A DNA stretch of 64,000 nt from Leucoraja ocellata. Its lineage: Eukaryota. The notes beneath the pieces are model-generated. The model was not told the origin of the DNA and did not search any database. It saw only the letters and a list, made by a program, of their open reading frames with translations. Shown here piece by piece: positions 24,323 to 36,986 of the stretch. The DNA lies in the NCBI GenBank assembly GCA_036785375.1, contig JAWMAR010000012.1, positions 4,526,001 through 4,590,000 on the forward strand. Reading direction: 5' to 3'. Every line of letters starts with the position of its first letter. The first letter of the stretch is position 1. A program made the position numbers and the translations under genes.

Positions 24323-26529
24323 ACCCCTTTCTCATGGTGCGACTTGACGCAAGAGTTAACCAGAGTTTAACATTGTGGGAACCTCGTGCGATAACAGTAC
24401 AGCATTCGTGGACCACCGTGGCACTAACGGCAGGTAATCGTGTAACTTGTTGACTCGGGAGAAAATTCAAGCAAGCTTGAATTTCTCCAAGAGTGACTTG
24501 TACACTTGTGGTTGAGCATTGCAACATTATATGAACGTAGTGGCCAGTGCGATATCTGTGCGATATCCGTAATAACTCTTGCGGTTACCTTGGGAACTCC
24601 TGCGAATGGTAAACCCGGAAGCTGGACAGAGGGGACAGAAGGTGAGTAAAAATTGTCTTCTGTGGGATTGAATTAAAAAAATAAAGATTTGCATCCGCTT
24701 ATGGACATTAACTTATTCATGAGTTATGTTAAGAAAATAACTGTAATCTTTAAAAGGGACTTTACTGACAGGTCCCGCATTTCTATTGTCCGTGAGAAAT
24801 TTTTCACATGTACTTCTTTGAGAGATACAGCTCGGAGTCCTCGCCGACTAGCGATCGATGCCTTTCCGAAGCAGGGTCCGGAACGCTACCAATCAATGTT
24901 CTCCAGAGACCTGTAAGGAGTGAACTGCACATGCTGGTTTAAACCGAAGACAGACACAAAAAGCTGGAGTAACTCAGTGAGTCAAGCAGCATCTCTGGAG
25001 AAAAATAGGTGATGTTTCGGGACGAGACACATCTTCAGACTCAATTCCGATTAGGATGTCTGAAGAAGGGTTCCGATTCGAATCGCCACCTATTCTTTTT
25101 CTCCAGAGATGCTGCCTGACCCGCTGACTTACTGCAGCTTTTTATGTTTTTCTTCCCAGATCTGAGGTAACTTAGGTAACTTACACTCTCTCTCCCCCCC
25201 ATGGTCAGGATCGAACCCCGGTCTCTGGGGCTGTGAGGCAGCAACTCTACCACTGTGTCGCATGTAGTCAGATTTAATAAATTGCTGGTGTTGCTTCCAA
25301 AGACAGAGGCATTGATAATATTAGATCAGAATTGCATCTTTCCGCTAATAGAGTCAATTAATAATAGAATCAATTATTGTTGGTGACATTTCACCTACGA
25401 ATATCAGACTATTTTCGCAGAGGTAAGGGCCAATTAGGCATAGCAAAAGGTATGAACACTTTTAAACATTTTTTCCCGACTATTTTGTCAAATGCAAATA
25501 TAGGGAGAATGATCAAAGTGCTCACATGGTTCACTCTGTTAGAAGCGTTCTGAGTTTAAATGTTCCGTATATTCCTTCTTAAAGTATAAATTTTTGTGTG
25601 GCCAGGGGTGCGATTGAGAACAGCTGGGAAAGGGTGGAGGGGGAACCAAATGTAGACATAAAGTGCTGGAGTGACTCAGTGGGTCAGGCAGCATCTCTGG
25701 AGGAAACTGTTAGGCGACATTTCGGGTCGGGACCCCTCTTCAAAATACCCTGCTGAGGTCATCTGTTGTTGGCCCTGATTTGTCCCGGTCTTTTCTTGCT
25801 TCCAGTTCCCCCCTATAATCATCCCAAAGAAGGGTCCCGACCAAAAATGGAATCTATTCCTTTTCCCCAGAGATGCTGCTTGGCCCGCTGAGTTACTCCA
25901 GCATTTTGAGTCTAACTTGCTGATTCAGACAGTTTTTGATTATCAAGGATTCTGCGCTGACTCTTTACAAGTACCACAGATCCCCACCTTTATAAATTTC
26001 TACCTGGCAGTGTTTTCTGTCTCAGGAATTTCAGCCCTTTGTCTGTAGTTACTGTCATCAAATATAGACAAAGGGCTGAAATTCCTGAGACAGAAAACAC
26101 TGCCAGATAGAAATTTATAAAGGTGGGGATCTGTGGTTCTTCTGAAATACACGTTGGAAATTTAAACTTGGGTGCAACTAACATCGTCTAAGTAATGTGG
26201 CATCTTCCTGCAGTAAAGTCACGGCATTAGTACAGGCATGTCTCCAAATGAGCCAATTCAACCAAGGGAGGATATTTATAGTGTGTGAAAAAAAAAGTGA
26301 CATTATTTGTGCCATGTGACACTTCACAGTTCACAATGTTCATTCAAGATTTAACGGGAAAGCTCGGGAGACGGACAAGTCACTCGCACAAATAACAGAA
26401 ATGCCGAGTACCGTGGGAACTCTTTAACTACCCCCCCCCCCCCCCGTTATATCGTGTGATATCGTGCTAGACCACGATCACTTCACTATGGTTACATCTT
26501 GCGTCAAGTCGCCCCGTGAGAAAGCGCCA
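24323..26529. mobile_element. Non-autonomous TIR DNA transposon (about 2.2 kb) with nested insertions
   Basis: About 40-bp imperfect TIRs (ctttctcatggtgcgacttgacgcaaga / tcttgcgtcaagtcgccccgtgagaaag). TTAA on both sides (24319-24322, 26530-26533). Confidence 0.7.
25973..26137. repeat. Near-perfect inverted repeat (72-bp arms, 21-nt spacer)
   Basis: 25973-26044 is the reverse complement of 26066-26137 with a single mismatch. Confidence 0.92.
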
Positions 26530-26714
26530 TTAATGTGGAAAAATGACCCAAAGTGGCACACTGGCACCTTAGGTAGTGCAGCCATCTCAGAACTCACAAT
26601 CCCAGTTTGATTCTAACCTCTGATGATGTCAGTGTTGAGTCTGAATGTTTGATGCCTGGGTTCACCACAAGTTTCCTCTGATGTCCCTAAGATGTCCTAA
26701 TTCTAAATAACCTA

Positions 26715-26951
26715 CAGGTGCTGTCTGTACGGAGTTTGTACGTTCTCCCCTTGACCTGTGTGGGTTTTCTCCGAGATCTTCGGTTTCCTCCCACAGTCCA
26801 AAGACGTACCAGTTTGTAAGTTAATTGACTTGGATATAAATATAATTGTCCCTGGTGTGTGCAGCATTAATGCGCGGGGTTTGCCTGTTTGGTGCGGACT
26901 CGATGGGCCCAAGGGCCTGTTTCCTCACTGCATCTCTAAACTAAACTAAAC
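26715..26951 (+). mobile_element. SINE (same family as 11291-11583), 5'-truncated
   Basis: gtacggagtttgtacgttctcccc core; ctaaactaaactaaac tail. Confidence 0.8.
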
Positions 26952-28734
26952 CTCTGGAGTAAATAGGGATGGGAGACTCGGGGAGCACTAATGGTCTTTT
27001 GGGACAGAATAAGTTGCAGAAAATGGAGAGGTGGGATTGACCTGACATGGACTTGATGACCTTCCTCTGTGATATATGGAGAAATGATTGTTGTTAGAAA
27101 TAGATACCTGGCACATTTGTATCACTCCCATTTTGATCCTGCTTTTTATCCATACAGTATTTGGTTAATATAGAAGGACTGGCAAGGAAACTGTACATAT
27201 CAGACATCTGGTTGAAGGAATATAGAAGGCAATAGGGTTGACCCCGCCCTCCCGCCCTAGTTCTTTCATAAAGATTCCTTTCACCAAGCTGAGGGATGGA
27301 AATAAGAACTAGCACATTGTGAAATAAAAGCTGTCAGTTGGACATCCAGATCATTTGAATTCCAGGGATTGGATTGCAATTAGTCCAATCTAATCTGACT
27401 GATTTATGTGTCACATCTCCTACACAGCTCATTAATAAAAATCTTTCTTAAAATGAGTTTAATTTACAGAAACATTAATTGAAATAATCGTTGATGGAAA
27501 ACTGGAACTTTTCTTTAGTTAACAGTCCTTAACATTTAACAATTCAGTTGCTCACAAAAAATCCAGTAGATATTAAAGTCCACCTGCAGTGGCTTATCAT
27601 GGTAACATTTACCCTATCCACATCTATCTGCAGCACAACGTTCTCAGACTGTCTTTTATTCCTCTAAAAGCAGTTTTGGCCTCTAATTCCATTAGGTGTT
27701 GTTTGCATCATTCCACGTTTGAAACTTGCATCCACAAAGAAAATCTCATGACTGCTACCAAAGTTCAAAATAATGGATCAAAGTATTTAAGTTTGACTTA
27801 ATCTTACAAGATCCACCATTGGGTAGGATTATTAGGTATTATCCAGAAAAATTTCAAAGTTTGAGAAATTTCAAAAACTTACCATTCTTGCCATTCAAGT
27901 TATTTAACCTGATGCACACTTGCCTTTTTATTAAGTCTTATCTTGCCAAGCAAAACTGAAGCTCTTTCAGCCCCCTCATTGCTTAGACTTTCAGTGGCCA
28001 AAAATCCTGGCTCCTGGCTTCAAACTACATTTTGACTTCAATAACAACTTGCAATTAGGTTTTTAGGCTACTCATTCTTATCTGTAGATTGCAAGATATG
28101 AGATGCAAATTAATCTCATTAGCATAAATTCCAGTCTGCAAATGTAATTCACTCGTGTTAAAAAGCTCTCTTAGAAGTGGTGGGTCATATTATTGGCCTT
28201 AGAAGTGGTGGGTCATATTAAACTTTTAGTTAAGTTACAGTGTGGAAATAGGCAATTCAGGCCACTGAGTCCATGCCCATCATTGATCACCCATAGACCA
28301 GTTCTGTGACCTACACACTAGGGGATTTTATAGAAGCCAATGCACCTACAAACCTGCATGTCATAGAGCAATAGAGCGTGGCCTGCTCCGGGGCCCTGCC
28401 ATTCACCGTGTAGGTTTTGCCCTGCTTTGACTTCTCAAAATGCAACACCTTGCATTTATCTGTATTTAAGTGTTTCAACCATTCCTCAGTCCACCTACCC
28501 AACCGATCAATATCCTGCTGCAATGTTTGACACCCATCTTCACTATCAACAATACTACCCACTTGAGTGTCATAGGCAAACTTACGGATCATGCCTTGTA
28601 CATTCTCAACTAAATAATTTATATAATGTCAAACAAGCAATTGGTTCAGCACCAAACCCTGAAGCACACCACTAGTCACCAGCTTTCAGTCTGAAAAACA
28701 ACCTTCAACCATTACCCAATTTCTATCCTACATA

Positions 28735-30409
28735 CTAGACTAAGTGGGACCCATTGGGTCCCATGTTCACATGGGAGGGCTGGTCCCCTGACGCAATATT
28801 CCACCTCTCCACCAATTCCAATATTGGTGACCAGTGCGGGGGGGGGGGGGGGCTTTCTGGAGTGCTGGTATGGGTTCTTGGGGTGGCAGCTCAGTCCCTC
28901 AAGCCTGAACTGCTGGCAGCTCACTCACGGCTGGTGGGCTGGCAGTTGACATGACTATTCCTTGAAATTCCATTTCAAGCAGGGTGCAAGGCCACCAAAT
29001 TCAAGTGCAGTTTCCAACCACTTCAAGCTGGATCCAAGGCCACCAAATTCAAGTGCAGCTTCATACCATTTCATGCAGGGTGAAACCACCATAAAACCAC
29101 ACAAAACTCACAGTTCAGTAGACATTCATTGTGTTCAGTTGATTCACAGCTCAGACAGTCATGACCTCTCCCTCCCCACCATGCAGAGACTGAGCCACAC
29201 CCACACTTCTGGGTTTTATAATCCCTCCCCCTCCCACCGGAAAAGGTATGGCTTTCAGGGCGTGATTGACAGGAGAGAGATTCTCAACATTTTTTAAACA
29301 CTAATAACTCTTTTATGTTTCATTGATGGGAATAATCGTCTGCACCTGCTCAGCGGAGGGGGGACTGAGTAAGAGGGCCAAAGATCACAGCCATAAGTGG
29401 TAGCGTTTTATCTAAAATCAATATGCAGTGCAAACAGGAAGTAAGTGCATTTGCAGTGGTGCTTTTCAACTTCAAGCCAAAGCACCCAAGCCACCATTTG
29501 CAGTAAGTAGTGCCTTTCAACTTTAAACCAAAGCTCCCAAGCCACCATTTGCAGTAAATAGTGCATTTCAACCTCATGCCAAGGCACTCAAGCCATCATT
29601 TGCAGTAAGTAGTGCCTTTCAACTTCAAACAACACACCAAAGCCACCATTTGCAGTAAGTAGTGCCTTTCAACTTCAAGCCAAAGCACCAAAGCCACCAT
29701 GTGCAGTAAGTAGTGCCTTTCAACTTCAAACAACACACCAAAGCCACCATTTGCAGTAAGTAGTGCCTTTCAACTTCAACCCAAAGCTCCCAAGACACCA
29801 TTTGCAGTAAGTAATGCCTTTCAACTTCGTCAAAGCACCCAAGCCATCATTTGCAGTAAGTAGTGCCTTTCAACATGAAACCAAAGCTCCCAAACCACCA
29901 TTTACAGTAAGTAGTGCCTTTCAACATCAGGTCAAAGCACCCAAGCCACCATTTGCAGTAAGTAGTGCCTTTCAACTTCAAGCCAAAGAACCCAAACAAC
30001 CATTTTAAGGCGGTGCCTTTTTACTTCAAACAAACCATATTTTCATTTTCAAACCACATTAAGGGTACTCACAGTTGTGTAGACATTTGTTCAGTGTTAT
30101 TCTGAGCTCAGAGAGACGTGACCCTTGGCTTCATCCATCTTGCAGAGACTGAGTGAGGCACACCACTTACTGGTTTTATAGTCCCTCCCCCTCCCTCCAG
30201 CAGGGGCAGCAGCGAGAATGGTGATTTTCTTTCAAAACATTAATATCTCTCTGATTTTTCATCGATGGGAAAAATCTTCTGCACCCATAAGGCGGAGGGG
30301 GGCTCTGAGCAAGGTGGCCAAAAATGACGGACGTAGGTGGCGGCGTTCTGTCGGAAATCGCAGCACAGTGGGCCAAAAGCAGTCAATATCAGAGATTTAG
30401 TAATATAGA
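28735..30409 (-). mobile_element. Non-autonomous Helitron with both termini (1675 bp)
   Basis: A|TCTATATTACTAAA 5' end; gggacccaatgggtccc hairpin (28746-28762) 7 nt before CTAG|T; no target duplication. Confidence 0.88.
29445..30030. repeat. 51-bp minisatellite (about 11 copies) inside Helitron
   Basis: Unit ccaccatttgcagtaagtagtgcctttcaacttcaagccaaagcacccaag; unit starts at 29491, 29542 and onward. Confidence 0.9.
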
Positions 30410-31799
30410 TTTGGAATGTGGGAGGAAATTGGAGCACCCAGAAAACCCCACACCATTACAGGGAGAAAGTACAAACCACACACAGACAGTACCAGTGGTC
30501 AGGGTTGAACCTGGGTCTCTGGCGCTGTGAGGCAGCAGCTCTACTGTGCCACTGTGCTATCCTACCTTATTTGCAGAAAAAAATACTCTGGACACCCATG
30601 GCAGCATCTACATTCTGCACAACAGCAACAGAGGGCTGTATTCTTCCTCCAAAAATATTGTCCATAAAGCTATATGTTGGTCAACTTACAACATATAACA
30701 TGTACTTCATGTACTGAACTGTGAAAACCTTCAAGGCAAATACAATGCATATTACATAGAACAATACTTTAAATATTTATAAACTAATCATCAGTGATAT
30801 CTTGAGAGCTCTATTCATTTATATATTATTCTCACAATTATTCTCGCACACAACAATATCAATAAACTTTCTTAAAAATAAGAAAACAATATTTTCTTGA
30901 CAGTTACTTCTGACCAGCACTCAAGTTCATTTCCCAAGCGTCATTCACCAATAATCTGCCTTCTTTTCCAAGCAATTGGATCTTGTATAAGAATATAGAT
31001 CCACGAAGTGTAGCAAAATATTATTGTGTACTTCGTAATAAAAGTATAAGCAAGTATAAGAAACAATTTTCTGCAGGAGTTCAATACATAAAAATAATTT
31101 ATACTGGAAGTTATTAATGAGGAAGTAAAACATTTATAGCAATAAAAATTGTACATCAATTCTTTGCCTCATTTGTGTAAAATAAATTTTTTTATAGGTT
31201 TATAGACTTGTAGTTTGAAAACTTAACATCGACTACCAAAATAATTTTTTATGCATGTTGCAATTCCTTTACAAATTAAATTCTCAAAAATAAATTGCAG
31301 ATCTGTGCCAGATAGCCCCTTGTCTTCCCTTTAATGCACTCTACACCCACTATAATCAAAAGGTATGATTAATGTTTGATGCCTTGGCATTTAGTGCGTG
31401 GTACAAGGTCTGTAACAACTAACACTCCTCCTCACACTGCAGTCCACTACTGATCTTTTCCAGAGCACAGATGAATAAACACTGAAGTAAATAAATACAC
31501 TAGATTATATGACATGTAACGTAATGTAGATGAATGTGGGACCAGCAATCTATTTTAGTTTTCTTAATATTGGAAATTAGGTTTGCTTGAATTAAATTCA
31601 GCTTTACAGACAAATGACGTCTCTGGGTCAGACGTCAAAGAAAGTTGTTTCCTTCTGTTGCTTTCAGTTCCAAATTTCCATAGCCCCTATGTGTATCCTA
31701 TCTAGACAGGAGCAAAATATTTGACCTATGACCATTCTGTAGCCTTCAACATTCTAACGTGTCAATTCAATCATCAACTCCTTGGTAAGTACGTGGATG

Positions 31800-33520
31800 T
31801 AGTCGTAGAGTCATACTACATGGTATTGACCCCAATGGCCCAACGCTGACCAAGATGCCTCTTTTACACTAATTCCACCTGCCTGTGGATATCCTTCTAA
31901 ACCTTTTCTGTCTATGTGCCTGTCCATAGTATTTTAAATGTTGTTATAGTATCTGCCTCAACTACCTTCTCTGGAAGTTCCTTCTATATACCCACCACAC
32001 TTTGTGTGAAAAAGTTGGCCCTCAGGTTCCTCTTAAAATGTTCCCCGCTCACCTTAAGGTTATGTTCTCTGGTTCTTGATTCCTCTATTCTGGGTAAAAG
32101 ACCATGCACATTTACCCTATCCAATGTGCCAAATGCCTTCTTGACCTCCTATCGACCTGTGATGCCACCTTCAAGGAACTATTTACTTACACTCCTGCTC
32201 TACGACATTCCCCAGATCCCTGCCATTCACAGTGAAGATCCTGCCCTGGTTTGAATTCCCAAAATGCAACACCTCGCACTTATCTGTATTAAACTCCATT
32301 AATTATTTCTCAGCTCACCTTGCGCAACTGGTCAAGATCCTGTTGTTAATGAAAAACATAGCCAATGTTATTAATGAAATCCATTTAATTTGGATCTAGC
32401 ATAAATACTTGTAGCCTGGGGCTTTTTTCCCTGGAGTTCAGCGGGTGATCATGAGGGGGATAGAAAGAGACACAGTCTTTTCCCAGTTCAGGTGAGTCTA
32501 AACCTAGAAGGCATGGGTTTAATGTGAGATGGGAAATATTCCAAGAGACCTGAGGGCCAGTATTTTCACACAGAGGGTGATGTGAATGTGGAACAGGCTG
32601 CCACGGGAAGAAGTAGAGTCAGGTACAATTACAACATTCAAAAGACATTTGGACAGGAATGATTTAGGCTAAATGCCGGTTAATGGGACCAGCTCAGGTA
32701 GGCAACTTAGTCAATATGTACAAGTTGGGCAGAAGGGCCTTTTTCCATGCTGTGTAACTCTGAATCCACGATTCTGCAGCAGACGAACAGGTGCTTCTGT
32801 CCATGATGTCTGCGCCCACCCATGATGCCAATTTTAACTAATCCAGCACCTTCCGTACCAGTGCCTTCAAGGTACATCACACACTGTGTAAAAATCTTGC
32901 ATCAGACCTCAGAAATCACCTTTAAAATTGTTTCTTCTCTCATCTCTGCCCTTTAGCATTAGAGGTATTAGAGATTATGCCTATCGATCTTAACCTTGCC
33001 CCTCATAATTTTATATACTTCTGTCATGTTCTCTCAGTCTTTGACTCTCCAGAGAAAATAATTCTAGCATGTTCAACTTCTCTTGATATCTTACACTCTC
33101 TAATCCAGGCAACATCCTGTTGAACTTCTTCAAAGTATCCACAGCCTTTCAGTAATGGGGTGACCAAAACTTTACACAATGCCTTAAATGTGGCCTAAAC
33201 AAAGTTTTATGTAGCCGTAACATACATTTTCAACTTGTTTACTTAATGTCTATACCGATAAAGGAAAGTTTGGCAAACACATTATTTCCAACCCTATCTT
33301 CTTATGTGACCTTTTCCAGGAAGCTACGGACTCCCAACCCTCTGTACGCCAAAGCGCCAAAGGGTTCTGCCATTTACTATTTGCTTTCCTCTTACATTTG
33401 ACATCCCAACATTTTACACTTGTCTGGATTAAACTCCATCTGCCATTTATCTGCCCATGTTTCCAACTGACCTGTATCCTGCTGTCACAACCTTCCTCAG
33501 TATTCATGACACACGCAATC
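31800..33520. mobile_element. Cluster of old CR1 fragments in both orientations
   Basis: Degenerate CR1 3' motifs (ttttcacacagagggtg; tggggtgaccaaaac...gtggcctaa). Confidence 0.6.
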
Positions 33521-34285
33521 AACTTTCCTTCAATTCCTACATTCCCTGCTTGAACTTACCATCTCTGGCATAAAATAAATAATTCTGATTGCCAAAGAGC
33601 AATTGAATAACATTTATAACAGAGGCTTGCTCAAAGAAGCTAACACCAGTACATTTGTTCCAAGGTAAAAAGATAAATTCCAAGAAATAATCTGCCAAAT
33701 TCCAGTAATGCTCAGATCAGTACCCTGACCTTTGCTCCGTTTAAAAAAAACATTTTTCCAATACTTTTACAATGGAAAAAGCATTCAGTCTGTCTTCAAT
33801 GCTCTTCACTTCTGCCGTTCTCCAGGGAGAAGGGTTTTACCCAATCCAAACGTATTGAGAGCTCTTTTGTCAATAGGAGACACAGATGGAAAGACTCGGA
33901 TCTGCCAAGTAAAATTACAGTATTCTCTTACATGCAATACACGTGAAAGTCTTCATTTTAAAATCATCATGTTGCTGCTGACATAGCATTTGAAGCCCTT
34001 TTCTGTGCTACCTAATGATGAAAAATATGTTTGTGCACAAAGTTCCTAATGAAATTCTGCTAATCAGTACTTGTGGAAAACCCAATTATACCACACCATA
34101 TGTTCAAACTGAAGTTGAATTTAATTATGTCTTGTCATTTGCTCTTATTGTACTACTAATAAATTCTGAGGTTTTTTTTTTACAGTTCAACTTCAGATGA
34201 AACTGCCAAATTAAAAAAAATAATGAATACTTGCTTTTTTGGCAGTTGATATAAAAAGGTTAACATATGCCATTCATTTTAACAG

Positions 34286-34439
34286 CAAGATGAAATTATG
34301 CCAGTGAAGTTTGATGAGTCTCTTGTTTGGGTGGCAGCTGAACATCCAATTAAGGACCAACATTTCCTGCTGAATTCAAAAGTCCTCGAAGTGTGTGGCA
34401 ATCGTCCTATTTATTGGCTCCATCCAATATACTTGAAAG
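34286..34439 (+). CDS. TNMD: Tenomodulin internal coding exon (C-terminal part of BRICHOS domain)
   Basis: Acceptor ttttaacag, donor AAAG|gtaaaa; 154 bp, phase 0 to 1. Encodes QDEIMPVKFDESLVWVAAEHPIKDQHFLLNSKVLEVCGNRPIYWLHPIYLK, matching the TNMD/CNMD WV.AE.PI...FL.NSK.LE.C....YW..P pattern. Confidence 0.9.
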
Positions 34440-34567
34440 GTAAAAACAACAGAAGTAAAAGTATCAAAGACTGTGCATGTAGTTTCATATCAAAGAAACC
34501 ATCGTGTTATTAATAAATTGATAAGATCGATTCTTTGCATTCAGTAATATTATATTAATAAGACTAG

Positions 34568-35390
34568 ATTGCTGCTGTTCTGTGACTGGAGTAAAGAGAA
34601 CTGCCTCATCCTGAATGCAACCAAGACCAAAGAGATGGTTGTTAACTTTGGCAGGTCCAAGCTCCCCCTTCAGACGGTTAACACTGCAGGGGTGGGCATT
34701 GAGGTGGTGCTGACATATAAATATCTGGGAGTGCACCTTGATAACAAACTGGACTGGTCTGTCAGCACCGATGCCCTCTACAAAAACGGACAGAGTAGAC
34801 TTTTTTTCCTCAGAAGGCTCAGATCCTTCAATGTGCTCAATGATATGCTGTACATGTTTTACCATACTGTGGTTAAAGTGTCATTTTTTATGCTGTTGTC
34901 TGCTGGAGCAACAACATTAGTGCTAAAAACAACAAGAAGTTGTACAAGCTGGTAGTTCGAGCTAGCTCAGTCCTGGGGGGGAGAATGGACTCTGTGGTGG
35001 ATGTGCTTGAGAGGCACATGAGGAGAAAGGTGCAGGTCATCCTCGAAAACTCCGGGCACCCCCTCCATGAAATTCTGGAGGTTCAAAAGAGCACACGGAA
35101 CAACAACCGGCTCCTCTCCCTGCGCTGTAGAACGGAGCGGTTCAGGAGATCCTTGACTCCTGCAGCCATTAGATTTTATAATACTGACCACTAAGCTGTA
35201 TGGGGATGCTTTGCATGTTTTTAATAGTTAATTATTGGGTCTTTTTAAGTATTTATTGCTTTCATGTATTGTCCATATTGTATTTTATGTATTTTTTGTC
35301 TGCTTTCGTTCTGAATGTGTGGGTTTGTTGGTTGTTGGCTTCTGGACATCTGAATTTCCCTGAGGGGATCAATAAATTCATTTTTATTAT
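34568..35390 (+). mobile_element. Rex1/Babar-type LINE 3' fragment in TNMD intron
   Basis: Motifs LILNATKTKEMVVNF, YKYLGVHLDNKLDWS, SRLFFLRRLRSF, CRTERFRRS; gggatcaataaa end; agact occurs on both flanks. Confidence 0.85.
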
Positions 35391-36864
35391 TAGACTCTGA
35401 TTGCTGTTTTGTGATTAACTTGATATCATTACTTCAGTATCTTACTCAATTTCAATTGAATGCCTGGCTCCTTCCCTTGTGAATTATGCAACTACGATGA
35501 AGAGAAAGTAAGAATTATTGCCAAAAAATATATTATGTAATTCAGAACATAAAACTTAAATTTAAAACTTTCATGTTACCATCCAAAATGATTATTCAGC
35601 ATCCAATAGAGAATGTGATCAGCCATGAATAAAATAATAAGAAATCAAAGCAGTTAGAAAAAAAGTGATTTTTAGTGAGCAAAACTCATGTTCAGAGTCA
35701 TTATGCCCCTTGATGAGTTTTTAGCTTTGAGCTCACATCACTTGTGGAAGACTCTGTGATTGGTAAAACAAAAGCAAATTGCAATACTCAATTTTGACAT
35801 GCAGCCTTGCAGCATGTTTATCTGTCAAATCATTTCCGAATTACTTTGTTACCAGTTCGGGTATCACTTCCATCCAAGAAGTAGAGAAAAGAATGTTGCA
35901 TTTTGTCCCCATAATTCTCAGGCCGAAGAATTCAGTCATTCTGAAATGGGGTTACCCGGGACTTTTTAGTGATATACACACAAAGAGCTAACAGCAAATA
36001 TCATTCAGTGTATTAACATCTTAGAACATTGACATAGAGTTGGTAATATGTTATATTTCATTGTATGTTCCAGGCTTAGCTTCGAGAGGGTTTATCACTT
36101 ATCGATGGTGTTCACATCCCATAATTGTTTTTAGCAAAGCACTGAATGAATATTGACCTAAAACCCACCAATGCTTGACACAAAGCATGTTATTGGAAAC
36201 TACTAATTATGTTCATAAATCTATAATGAATGTGTCAAAAGCATACTTTGAGGCAGAATTGATCACAAAGTAATGGACATCTGTTTAAAGATTTCTTCCT
36301 GTCCAGACAAAAGTCACTTCTGGCATACCCTTAAGAGAAGTTTTTTTAGAACATAAAAAGTCTCAATTTCAATCTTCTATTCCTTAGCTGCCTTATGTAG
36401 TTCAATCCATCATACTCACACTGGATGAAATGATTGGCTTTTTGACAAGAAATACAATCTCAACAATTCAAATAATAAAATCTTTTCTTTCTTGCTGCAT
36501 GCAAAAAAAGTATAGAAACAATGTTTAAAACAAAATCAAACCATATTCTGTTTTCGTTTAGGGATAAAATAATAAAGATATTTGCAAACAAAATGCCATC
36601 TTCTTTTAATCAGAGACAGTTGCTGATGCTCAACAGAATAGTAATCAATATTTTATAATTGCTATTGCCCAATACTTATGCAGCCCCAATGCGCCAGTGG
36701 AGTCAGCTTTCATTTCCATTTTTATATCGTCTGAACAACAAGTGTCCCAAGGGCAGCAAGATAGATACTAATAGCAATTGGGAAATGCAGGGGAAACCTC
36801 ATCACTGTGCTACCTTGAATGCAAGGAATTCCCAGAATTTTAAAGTAACTTTGTATCTTTTCAG

Positions 36865-36986
36865 ATACAGAATTTTATGATTTTGGAGAGCCTGAGGAAG
36901 CTGAAGAAGATGCACATTTGGATGAGTTGAAAAACAAACGCAATGGAAGACGCTCAGCACGCGACGTAAATGACGTAAACGATTAT
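36865..36986 (+). CDS. TNMD: Tenomodulin penultimate coding exon (acidic linker with basic cleavage-like motif)
   Basis: Acceptor tcttttcag, donor TAT|gtgagt; 122 bp, phase 1 to 0, compatible with both neighbouring exons. Encodes (D)TEFYDFGEPEEAEEDAHLDELKNKRNGRRSARDVNDVNDY, ending NDY like mammalian TNMD. Confidence 0.85.

Noticed and set aside
27158-27235. Possible TNMD exon after catacag (YLVNIEGLARKLYI…)
   Set aside because: In-frame stop before any donor; the similarity is too weak.
28170-28220. 23-bp direct duplication cttagaagtggtgggtcatatta
   Set aside because: An ordinary local duplication with no further structure.
29445-30030. CRISPR-like regular repeat array
   Set aside because: The units are contiguous and the variable parts are homologous to each other, so there are no unique spacers. 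No cas genes; vertebrate context.
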